A stretch of 64,000 bases of DNA from NCBI RefSeq assembly GCF_001194135.2, contig NC_068987.1, forward strand, positions 61,951,632 through 62,015,631, in the 5' to 3' direction. Every line of letters begins with the position of its first letter. Within the stretch, counting starts at the first letter, position 1. Origin of the DNA: Octopus bimaculoides. Lineage: Eukaryota. Both the position numbers and the translations under genes were made by a program. Positions 11,459 through 24,600 of this stretch are shown in pieces. The notes under the pieces were generated by a model. It was not told where the DNA came from, ran no database searches, and saw only the letters and a list, made by a program, of their open reading frames with translations.

Positions 11459-14400
11459 TAAAGTCCAGCTCTCCCACTCACTATAATTTAAATCCAACTT
11501 CTTGAAATCACATACAGACAGTGAACCTTTCATAGTATCTTGTATATCTGTGACAATGAAAATAGCATCACTCTTGTAAGGTGCCCTTGTGAATGAAGAC
11601 ACCCAGAAAGTGTAATATTAATGGGAGCAGCTGCAATTCTTCAGTTGCCTGCACACCTACATCATCTGTTGTTGATGCTCTTTATGAAGTACCATTTATG
11701 TCTGTGAGATAGAGTTTTGACAATTTTTGGAAATAAAAGGCTAAATTAATAAGGCCATTGATTTCTAGGGACTTGTAATTCATTTAATTGATCAGTTCCA
11801 GAAGGATGAAAAGTAAAGTTGATTTCAGCAGGATTTGAACTCAGAATGATAATATAATGCCATAAATTTGTACTGGGGAGGGCACAGATAAGTGATTCAG
11901 CCTTAACCCTGAAAGTGATCCTGGTTATATCATTCAGACTCCCTGATTTAAAATGTTCTTTATTAAAACTTTCCATTGAACTTTCATGTTAATTTATGTT
12001 CCAAGCACAGACTCAATAATGACAAAATTTTTTTACTAAATGATTTTTATTTTCTTCAAAATTTATTGCATCAATGACAGTGTATTTCAACAGAAATATG
12101 GTAACCAGAAGGTTAAAATATGACTGGTATCAATTTACCATCCTCAGGATAATGAAAAGCAAAGTTAATCTTAGTGGGATTTGAACTCAGAAAGCAAGGC
12201 ATGCAATTTGTGCATTCTACCATTTCAATTACTATTCAAATATCTTTGTATTTTCCCCCTTTTTTTTTAAACAGGTATTTTTGAAGGTAACTGAAGGCTG
12301 CTTTGAAAGAGAAAATATTGAAGCTTATGAATTAGAGAATACAGATGGTATAAGTATACATACTATGTTGTTTCTTTTGTTCTTCAATAAAAATAATTTA
12401 ATAGCTTGGATAAAAGCTTTGATATAAAATGACTTAAGAAACTGAGATTTTTTTTTTTTTTTTTTTTTTTTTTTGCAACATAAGTTTGTTGAAAATGGTA
12501 ATTTATTATGTGTGATTTCCCCTTTTGAAAACTGAAATCAGCTATCAGAATATATCAAGGCAAATGGGTCCGGAACTGGTTTGCTAATGTTAATAATAAG
12601 GGTCTTGACTCATATGAAATGGCTCAAAGGAAATGAGATGATTGAGGTGTTTTATTTATATCCAACATACAGATCTTTGGTTTACCATTGTACTTAGAAG
12701 TTATCCATTATTGATTTCTTTTGGTATCATGATGTATTTTTATCTGTTCTAAGGAAACACAATTGAAGATTGAAACAAACTATTATCTTGCAAATCACTT
12801 CTAACATATACTTCAATGGCTAAACTGGTGTTTTTATTGTAACTCTTTCACAAGCTGTTTTGACTGGTGTATTCAATCTTCATTATTTATTTTTATCTCA
12901 TCCTTACATCCTTTCTGATGAATTGGTAAACTCTTTGTGTTATTCTAGCCATTTTCAATTTAGATTTATTCATTCATTTTTTTTTTTTTTATATATATAC
13001 TTTCTTTTAAGTAATTCAGTTTGATCAATGTCTTTCCTATTATTTGATACAGAAACTAAAAACACATCAAAGATTCTTTTTTTTGGTTTTTGCTTTTTTG
13101 CATCTGTTCCATTTATTTTTTGTTGTTTCCTATTGATCTTTACATTAGTCTTTTTACACATAAGAATATCATATTCTAATACTTTATTTATTTAGTTAAT
13201 TTTCCAGAGACGCTATTAACTTCTTTTTTTTTTTTTTAAGTCTGAATGATAAATTTATTCATTCACAAAGTATGGCTAAGAATTTCCTAATAGGCTCTTT
13301 ATACATTTTCTATCTTTTCTCAAGATTTTTCCTTGCTTATATGATTTCTACATCAGATTTTTTTCTCCACCAAAGCTCTATCTTCTATCAATACTGCTTT
13401 TTAAATTATAGTAATTAGACCTTTTACCCTAATTAACTTCAGCTGTGTTCTCTATGTACATTTATTTTCCAATGATTAGTAGTGTTTGTGTCAGGTCATT
13501 TGTTTCACTGTTTCACTGTTATCAATTCACCATTAACTTTACAAACCCTGTCATATTCTAAGTCACTTTCAGTGACACAACGCATAACTTTTAGCCTAAA
13601 TTTTATTGGCTTCTTGTATATCAGTATTTACCAAATTACTTGTTCTGCTCACATTTTCAGCAGCTGTCACTATTATCTGACATCAGATACTTTTATTGAA
13701 TATTTTCTAATGCTTTAAATTATTCAGTATTTTCCTTGTTTCCTTTTTTTTTTCTTTTTATCTTTTAATTACCTTTCAGATCTCTTACCTATACTTCTTC
13801 AGTTTTTTCTTATATTTGTGACACAATCACAAGCAACTGTTTGTTTTAAAGAATGTTTTAACATCATTATTTATGTTGAGGGAAATACATATCCACAAAC
13901 GCACACATGCATGTGTGCATATACATAGCACATATACGTATGCAGACATATAATGCAATTGATTATATGTTTGTGTTATAGTGTATGTGTTTTTGCACAT
14001 ATATGTTTAACAGTTGAGGGAACCCGTGGAAGAGGTAGGCCCAGGAAGACCTGGGCTGAGGTGGTGAGGCAAGACCTTCGTACATTGGGCCTCACCGAGG
14101 CGATGACTACGGACCGAGACCTTTGGAAATGGGCTGTGCGTGAGAAGACCCGGCAAGCCAAGTAAGATCGTTGCCAGTGCCCCTGGACTGGTTCTTGTGC
14201 GGGTGGCACATGAGATGCACCATTTTGAGCGTGGCCGTTGCCAGTACCGCCTGACTGGCTCCTGTAGGATTTTCGAGCGAGATCGTTGCCAGTGCCCCTG
14301 GACTGGCTTGTGCGGGTGGCACATAAAAGACACCATTTCGAGCGTGGCCGTTTTCGTGCGGNNNNNNNNNNNNNNNNNNNNNNNNNNNNNNNNNNNNNNN

Positions 14401-14525
14401 NNNNNNNNNNNNNNNNNNNNNNNNNNNNNNNNNNNNNNCTCAGTCAAATCGTCCAACCCATGCTAGCATGGAAAGCGGACGTTAAACGATGATGATGATG
14501 ATGATGATGATGTTTATATAAAGTA

Positions 14526-14599
<74 letters not shown>

Positions 14600-16719
14600 G
14601 TGACGGGAGAGGAGACAGCAGATAGTGAGAGAGGACAATGTGAGTGAGAAGCAGTTAGTGTGAGAAAACAGTTGAAATGAGCCAAAACAAATGAAAGAGA
14701 GGCAAGTCAAGTAAGAAGTTAGGTAATCAGAGAGAGAGAGAGAGAAAGAATCAATTATAAAGTGACTGGAAGAGGGTGACTGATTTTATGTCACCATTTT
14801 GAACTGAATAACATTACAAGTAAAGATGATAGGATGAATGAATGAATTTTAGTGTCAGGTTTCATTGTTTGTTTATAACTTCTTTTTGGGTGGTGGTGCC
14901 AAACTCTATCATGTTTGTCTGTATCTTCTTTCTGTGAGGGAGAGATGGGTACACAAGGACATGGCATGTGAGAGTTGAAATTTATTCATTATAGGCACAG
15001 GCAGGGCTGTGTGATAAGAAGCTTGCTTCCCAACCACGTGGTTCTGGGTTCAGTCCCACTGCATAGCACCTTGGACAAGTGTCTTCTACTATATCTTCAG
15101 ACTGATCAAAGCTTTGTGAGGGGATTTGATAGAAGGAAATTGAAAGAAGCCCCTCATGTGCGTGTTTGTCTCCAACCACCATTGACAACCAGTGTTGGGA
15201 TAAGTACCAAGCTTAAAAAAAAAAAGGTATTGTGATCAATGCCTTTGACTAAAAATTCCTCAAGGCAGTGTCCCAGCTTGATTGTAGTCTAATGACTGAA
15301 ACAAGTAAAAACTATAAATATATTTGAGAGAAAGAAACAAAATTTTAAGGGAGGTAGAGGTTAGTCAATGCTGTTGACTGGTACTTTATTTTATCAAACC
15401 TGAAGGGATTAAAGGCAAAGTTGATTTTGGATGTATTTGATCATATTATTTGATTGATCAGTTCGAAAGGGATGAACAGTAAAATTGATTTCAGCAGGAT
15501 TTGAACCCAGAATAATAATATAATCCTTTCCACTACAGGCACAAGGCCAATAATTTCAGGGAAGAGGGTAAGTTGAATACATCTCCTCCAGTGCTCAACT
15601 GCTACTTATTTTATTGACCCCAAAAGGATGACAGGCAAAGTCAACCTTGGTGGAATTTGAACTGAGAATGTAAAGATGGACAAAATGCCACTAAGCATTT
15701 TGTCCAGCATGCTAATGGTTTTACCAGCTCACCACCTTATTTGAAAGACAGATGAAATACCTATTTCTTTACTGCCCACAAGGGGTTATACACAGAGGGG
15801 ACAAACAAGGACAGACAAACAGATTAAGTCGATTATATCGACCCCAGTGCGTAACTGGTACTTATTTAATCGACCCCGAAAGGATGAAAGGCAAAGTCGA
15901 CCTCGGCGGAATTTGAACTCAGAACGTAGCGGCAGACGAAATACCGCTAAGCATTTCGCCCGGCGTGCTAACGGTTCTGCCAGCTCGCCGCCTTTCTTCT
16001 CATAATTCTCATTTCTTTATTGCCCACAAGGGGCTAAACATACCGCTAAGCATTTTGTTCAGCATGCTAACGATTCTGACAGCTCACCACCTTACCCAGA
16101 ATAATAATGTAATGCTATATAATTGTTCAAGAAGGGACACAGATAATTGAATCAACCTTAAAATATGATTGGGTTTATGATACAATACAGCTGAAATTTA
16201 TTTATGACAAAATATATTGGAGGGAAAGCAATAATTACAATTCTCTTGTTACAGTATAATGATTTGTAATCTAAGTATAAGATCAGGAGATTTTGGAAGG
16301 ATTATATATGTTACTGACACCAGTAATTGATGTGAGGGCAGGGGTATAATTGACTGAATTGACCCCCTGTACTTGAAATAATTAGCACCTAACTAGCTGT
16401 CAAATACTAGGAGTTGATTTTTAATTGATTATATTATTACTGAATAACTTGCAGTTCCAACAGTAGATTTGCTAAAGTTATGTCCACATCAAAGGATGTA
16501 TATATCCAGTCTGGTGAGGAGACACACACCCACACATATATATATATATATAAATGATGAATGTGATGAGACTATGATGACATTGATGAAGATGGTGATG
16601 AGGATGATGATTAAGAATTATGAATGGGATGGTAGGAGTAATGTGATAGTGATGGGAGTGATGAATATACTTTCTTAAAGATATTTCAAGCACATTTTAA
16701 TATAGCTGACCACAGCGAC

Positions 16720-16783
<64 letters not shown>

Positions 16784-18523
16784 GTTTCAAATTTTACCAC
16801 TTGGGCAGCAATTTTGTGGAAGGGGATGAGTCGATTACATCGACCGTAGTGTTCAACTGGTGCTCATTTCATTGACCCCGAAAGGACGAAAGGTAAAGTT
16901 GATCTCAACGGCATTTGAACTCAGAATTTAGCAACAGGTGAAATACTGCTAAGCATTTCATCTAGTGTGCTAATGATTCTGCCAGCTTGTCACCTTAATA
17001 ATGATGATGATGATGATGACGAACATTGTTTTATCTTAGTATAAAAGATGGGCTACAGCAAATATTCTGTTCAATACCACAGATTTGCTTGTCAGTTGCT
17101 TGACCTTAACCAGTTGAGCATGTCCTTTAGTGGCTGACGATATGTGCATCTCTGATCATGAGCAGAAGTAGTGAAGAAGCATCATAGCCATATGCTGAAT
17201 TCTTTGGGGTTTGGATAATTTACCTTTGGAAACATGGATATTCTGTTCAACATCCTTAAACAACCCTTATTCAGGGACCTTTTGAGCAGGATGGGCTACT
17301 CGACCTGAAGAAAGTTCTTACTGGGCCCCACTTGCAAGGTCATGTGCTATTAATCTTGATATGAGATCACTATGTCATGCTCATGTGGTTGTGATGCATG
17401 TTCCTGGTATACCCTTATCAGACGGTTAGTCATGATGGGTATAATGGGCTTCGTATATTTTACCCCAGTGTCACTTTGATGGCATGCACTGCTCTCTCAA
17501 TCAATAATAATGATAATAATTACAATAATAACTTCTGATGATGATGGGAATGTGCAAAGAAGAGTGGTACTGAGCAATGATGGTACTGCTGCTTCTGATA
17601 ATGCTAATGAAAATGCTGCGATAATGATGTAGTTGAGAATGGTTCCAGCAGGTGGGAAGGTGAGGTGAGTGATTGTGATGATGACAATGACAATGATGAC
17701 AGCAATGATAATGGGGATGGAGTAGGGACTGATGGTGATGAAGACACTGATGCCAGAGATGGCAATGACAGCAGTGGCAGTAAAAATTATGATGGTGGGG
17801 GAGGATTGGAACACTGGTGGCAATGGTGGTGGTGGTGGCAGCAGAGGCAATGATGAGGAGTATGATGATTTTTTTTCTTCCCTAGAGTTGCTTCAAGCAC
17901 ATTTCTGACTGTAACCCAACATCAATGCTCCAATGCACCCCTTAATTTTATGTCTACATTCGTTCTCATTCCTCAAACCTTTGCTTCCTTCTCCTCATCC
18001 TTGTCCTCTTCCTCCGCCATTACCTTATACCTTCCTGATTTATGCGGAAGTAAATAATGTGCTTGAAATGCTTGGATGGAGTTGATAAGGAATTATAGAG
18101 TGAACTGCAAGTAATTGTCTACATTACCGTAGTTATGTTCAAGTAGATTATGACTCGTTACACGTTTTGATTATTGGAAAGGAGAGTGATAATCAAGAAC
18201 TAGTTTTGGCAAGGCATTGCTACTGCATTTGGCAATAAGAATGTGGGAGTGTGGGAGTAATCAGATTGAAACAGATGGCACTTGTAAATTCGTAGTAAAT
18301 GAAGGATGACTGCTTAATGGATGAGCAAACATATGTGCAGTCACATACATGCACACACACACATGCATGCACATGTACACACACACACACTCACACACAC
18401 ATGCACACATGCATTTGTGTGTGTGTGTATGTGTGAACACATTAAATATATGAATATAATTGTATACATACATAAGTGGCTTTGTGTGTGCACCTATGTG
18501 TATGTAAGTCTCTTTTATATATA

Positions 18524-18562
<39 letters not shown>

Positions 18563-18572
18563 GCTTGTGTGA

Positions 18573-18609
<37 letters not shown>

Positions 18610-21600
18610 CACTTTATATATTTGTATATACTCATATATAAATATATAAAACTTTAGTATACATGTATGATTATATAAGCATTTACAGGAACCTACACAT
18701 ATACGTGTTTACATATATATGCACACACACACACATACGTTCATAGATACATTTATTCTACTTATATTCAAGAGAAAGAAGAGAGAGAGGGGGAAGGAGG
18801 GAAAAGAAAGAGAAGAATAAGAAGGAGGAGAAGTAGGAGGAGAGAGAGAGAGAAATGCAATATTAACCTGAGAGAATTAGAATGACTGAAATCAGAAACA
18901 ATGTAATTGAGAAATTGTCATATTGACCTATCTGATATATACGCTTCTTGTGAATATCTCTCTACCAACTAGAAATAGCAGCCAAATCTCCCTCAGTTCA
19001 TATCCTACAGTCATGAGAAAGAGAAGACCACATTGGATAATATATTCTTTGATACTCCAAAACAAAAGAACAAGATGGTTCTGGCTTGAACACTTTTTGT
19101 CATAATTATGCTCATTCAGGTTTGACCTGGGACTAAATAGCAGCATCAATAGATTCCTAATGGTTTGAAAAATAAAAATGGGGCTTATTTAGAGTTTGAG
19201 CGTCTGTTTAGTGATACATAGATCTATACACATGCATGCATGTATACGTGCATGTTTACATACATGTATATATGTGTGCGTACATACAGATACATAGGCA
19301 CTGAATTTTGAAAAGTAGTCTGGAGGCAAAAAAGTTACAACCTTGATTTGAAACTACATCAGCTGAAGCAAGAACTTACTGCCATAGCTGGAAAACTACA
19401 ACATTGTGCATGTGTGTGTGTATGTATGTGTTTGTGTGTGTGCATTTGTATGTGTGTGTGTGTGTGAATGTACATACTGTTTACTATATAAGCAATGCAT
19501 ATTAGCCAAAGTTGTAAACATTACTGATTTGTGTATGTGCACTGTTTACTCTGTCAGAAATGCATATTACCAAAAGTTGTGAGAGATCTAAAAAGCTTGT
19601 ATTTTTGAGCAAAAATTCTTCTTAGTTTTTGTTGCACTCATTATGTCCGGGCATCTCCTTGTCACTTTTGCTGTTGGAAATGCACTTGTTGACAAACTGC
19701 TAATTATCAACCAAATTTAATTTTAACAGTCACAGCTGATTAAGTGGTATAAATGATAGCCTGTCTAAAGATTCTGTCAAACAGAGCTATTTAACTCTCA
19801 ATCATATGATTGTACTGATTCAGTTTTCTTATTTTTTTTATTTTTTTAATAAATTTTATGGGTAGTTCTAGGGACAATATAATTAGGGTATATGTAGATT
19901 ACTCAAAGAATTAAACTGAAATTGTTTCGAAGGTCCCCAGTATATCCTTGTTTTGATCATCTCAAAGGTACTCTACAAATGCAATAGTTCAGAATACATA
20001 ATTTATATAAAACTCACTTTGCAACCACAAGGTTTTAGGTTCAATTCCATTGTACATCCCCTTGTGAGAGTCTTGTATTATTGTCCTGGGTGACCAATAT
20101 CATGGGAGTGAATTTAGTAGTTGGAAACCGAGTGGAAGCCTGTTGTGTATGTGTTTGTCCCTCCCACCACTTAGCAACCAGTGTTGGTTTGTTTATACTC
20201 CAGGGACTTAGCTGATAGGATAAGTCCCAGACTTAAAAAATAAGTGCTAGGGTACCCCAGCATGGTCTCAGTCCAATGACTGAAACAAGTAAAGGATAAA
20301 AGATAAGAGATTGTACATTAAATTACATTACGAAATACTCAGATAATTTGTCATCAGAAGTTGTGTTTAATGTTGGTCCTTCAAATTATAAAATAAATCA
20401 CCAAAGGATTTTAACCCTTTAACTGCAAAAGTAAATTTCATGGTTATTCTAGTAATGATGTTAAGTATCTACCAAAAAAAATGGAATTGGTATATTCTTT
20501 AATTCACGTTGCCTTGGTGAACTTGATATACCTCAATAAAAAATAATTTCAAACATGACATTTTCCAACAAAAGAATGATTGATATATAAATCTGCTTTC
20601 TGTAGTAAAAGGGTTAAAGAGTAGTACAATACTTTGCAAGACATATTATTGAAATGACTGACAACTTAAGAGTTTACTGTTCAAATCTGACGACTGCCAT
20701 ATAAGACAATAAAGCTTCTAGAGTAATGTAATTCTCTATTGCTATAACTTTTATTTCAACTAGTCTTGACATTTTATATCCCATATAATGTCTCCTTCAT
20801 ATTCAAGTAAGAAACTTTATTACCAAGTCTTTGAGTTTGCATGTTGTAGTGCAAGCAAAGTCAAAGACTTAATAGTAATAGTTGTGTGTATACTTATGTA
20901 TCATCATCATTATCATCATCACTTGATGTCTGTTCCATGCTGGCATGCTTTGGATGGTTTGACAAGAACTGGAAGTTACAGGACTGTGCTGAGCTCCAGT
21001 GTTGGCTTTGACATGGTTTCTATGGCTTCATGTCAGTTCTTAAGGCCAATTGCATTTCTGTTATACTGGATGCGTTTTACATGCAATTGGTACTAGTGAG
21101 ATTACCAAGTAAGTTTCAAGACAACAAAGAACTGAAATTGAAAAAGGCTCCTGTGGCTGTGTGTGGGTGGAGAGTATTAGGAAAGGAGAGGGGGTATTAT
21201 GCCAGTTGCTGAGAAACTAAAGTATCATAGAAGGACAAGCATATATATATTTATATTGCAGAGAGAAGAGAGGGGACAGAGTGTATGCATGTATGTATGA
21301 GGGTTGTGATCAATTTCTCCTTTATCAAGTGAAGCATAATAATAATTATTTACTGTAATTGGATTCTTAATTTTAGCTGGAATCTTGCCTCGATCAATTA
21401 ACAGAGATAGCTTCAGAAGACGTTTGAAAAATAAAATCTTCAAATTGAAAGATTCTGAAAAACCAGATGATAAAGTTGTATTAGGTAAGAATCTTTTTTT
21501 TTTAACCTTTTTAATTTAAATTTTCCAATTTGTATTTATCATTGAGCATGATTACTCTTTATAAATTAATTTGTTAGTGTGAATACATACCAGGATTCAG

Positions 21601-24600
21601 CTAAAAATGACTACTCTTATTTGCAAAACTGTGCATTCATTGACAGTGTTGTTTGATTAATTAATTAATTAATTTACATACACTTTAAGAAGTGTAGGTA
21701 CACTTGTACTAAAACATTTTATATCATCCAATGAATGTTGCTATCTTGTGCTAACAATGATTACTGAATTAATTAACCATTTACCAACAAATGTGCTGTT
21801 ATGCAAGTTAGATTAGTCATTTCAGCTGAATCTGGTTTGTGTTTGATATAAATTCTGGATAGAAATTCTGGGTACTTGTTTTCTGATGAATTTCTGAAGA
21901 GAAATTCTTCTTCTTCAGTTATAATAATGAAGATAATAACAATGATATTAATGATAACAGTGTCAGGTTTATAATAATCTCTTTATGTTGGAATGAGCTG
22001 AGTAACCATGTCTCAGGATGTACAAGGTGATAATCTTATTAGCTGTAGATATGAGTTCAAATCCACAACAGTTTTTTGCCTTGTATTTGGCCAGTACACT
22101 TAAATTCTACATTTCTTCAACACAACAGTTTTGAGAGTGTCAGATGTGGTATTTTTACTTAACTAGTATCCTTTCCAGGGGATGTTTTTTTTTCTCTTAG
22201 TTGCTTAATACCATAAAACCAGAGACAAACACTGGCATTTAACCCTTGTTCCATGCTTTCCAATCCATGGTACTGGACTCAGCATGCTCGAGGTCAAGGC
22301 ACTGCAACTTCAGGTTTTTCTCAATTTGTTTCGCCCATGTCTTCTTTGGTACACTGCACTGAAATTAGATTGGTCAAAACAATTCCTATATTTTTGTCCC
22401 ACAAAGAGATACAAAGATGTGCTAACATCTGTTTACATATTGCAGTAAAGCTTATGACTGAATAATTACAGGTGTATTTACATTAAAATGTTTGATCTCA
22501 TTTATTTATATGTTATTTTCGAATTTGCTACATAGTTTTAAGAATAGGAGTAGAACATAACCCAATTTCTGAAGGCTCGTGCCACTTTATTAATTTACAA
22601 TTTGTACTGCTATTATGACATGGTTTATTTGACATCCCATGAAATCATCTGATCATTTAACAATTGCGAGTTGTATTCACAGGTAGGTGAATTGTACTGT
22701 TCATAACTGCGTATAGTTACTAGGAATACTGTACAGCAGTTTTGATGCTTCATAGACTACCTAAACACTGCAGCCAACTGCAATTCTCACCTGTCTAATC
22801 AACTTTATTCATAATATGAGCATGTTTGGTGGTAGTATATGATTCTTTTATTCTTTTACTCGTTTCAGTCATTTGAGTGTGGCCATGCTGGAGCACCGAC
22901 TTGAAGGGTTCTAGTCGAACAAATCGACCCCAGGACTTATTATTTTAAAGCCTAGTACTTATTTTATTGGTCTCTTTTGCTGAACCTCTAAGTTACAGGG
23001 ACATAAACACACCAACACCAGTTGTCAAGGGGTGATAGGGAAACAAAGACACACACGCACTCATACACACACACACATACATACACACACACACACATAC
23101 ATACATGCATACATACATACACACATACATACATACATACATGCATATGACAGGTTCTTTCAGTATCTCTCTACCAAATCCACTCAAGGCTTTGGTTAGC
23201 TCAAGGCTATAGTAGAAGACACTTGCCCAAAGTGCCACACAATGGGACTGAACCCAGGACCATGTGGTTGGGAAGCAAGCTTCTTACCACACAGCTACAA
23301 CTGCGCCTATGTTAGAGAAAGAAAAGTACTACAGGTTACGATGCAAGCTAGTTGTGTGGTAAGAAGTTTTCTTCCCAATCTTCCCAACCACGTGGTTTCA
23401 GGTTCAGTCCCACTGCATGGCATCTTGGGCAAATGTCTTCTACTATAGCCACAGGCCAACCAAAAACCTTGTGAATAGATTTGGTAAACAGAAACTGAAA
23501 GAAGTCTGTTGTGTGTGTGTGCTTGTTTTTGTCCTTGACCACCACTTGACAACTAGTGTTGGTTTGTTTACATCCCCGTAACTTAGCAGTTTGGCAAAAG
23601 AGATTGATAAAAGAAGTATCAGGCTTTAAAAGGTACTGGGATCAATTTGTTCGACTAAAAATGTTGTAAGGCAGAGTCCCAGCATGACCACAGTCTAATA
23701 ACTGAAACAAGTAAAACAAAAGTAAAAATAAAGTATAAAAAAAATTCTTGTCATCATTATTAGCTGAGTAAAGAATTTGCGAATCTGTTAAGTTTCTTTA
23801 ATTAATTATTTTTAGTTTTATTTTTTACTTTTACTATTTACAGGTTTTTTTTTTTTTAAACTTGATGAAAAATATCTTGATACTTTTTTTTTTTCCTAAT
23901 CTAAGAAAATTTGTTTTACTTCAACAAAAATTCAGCAATCTATTTTGTTCCTTGCAGCCAAAGTTAGAATTTTCTGCAGAAAATCTACAGTCAATTCATG
24001 TGAATGAAAGTGTGAGGTGGAGGATGTATGTGGTAGGAGGGCATACAAAAATGTATTGATTTTCTTTTTATAACATCTTTTTCTCATAAAGGCTATGGCT
24101 ACTTTGAGTGGAATATCTTTGCAGACAGATTTATCCACAGGGATGCTAAGTGACTTTCTTAAAACTACCTAATCAATTTAAGAATGGTACATTTCTTTAT
24201 TTAGATCTATAAAAGCCGGAAGGCAGTATAGATGGCTATTTAATCAACTTGATTGCATTGTCAATATAGTACATATTGTATGAAATTCATGTTTTATGGT
24301 CAAGGTTTTAATAACACGTCACTTATCAATGGACTAATACCAGTATCTCTTGTGGCAAACTAAAACCATAATTAATATTTGAATCATGATTGTCTACTTC
24401 TTTGAAAGTGGCTTTTCATTATTATCTATGATTTATTAAATATGTATTATTTCAAACTCTATTTACAATGAAAATCTTAATTTATATCATGATCATCATC
24501 GTCATCATCATGAGATTCTATGGCTATTCCAGTCTTTGACAGCTGCCTTTGTACATTTTATGAAGTTTCTACAGATACTGGTTAATTAGATAAAACTTAT

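Noticed and set aside
12545-12660. WVRNWFAN… as a mariner N-terminal remnant
   Set aside because: Only a few residues match; no TIR.
17497-17853. D/N/G-rich ORFs as an acidic exon or gene
   Set aside because: Degenerate (GAT/AAT/GGT)n low-complexity tract with in-frame stops and no convincing splice pair.
22679-22794. Short imperfect inverted repeat ACAGGT…ACCTGT as a MITE
   Set aside because: Weak match, single copy, no clear TSD.
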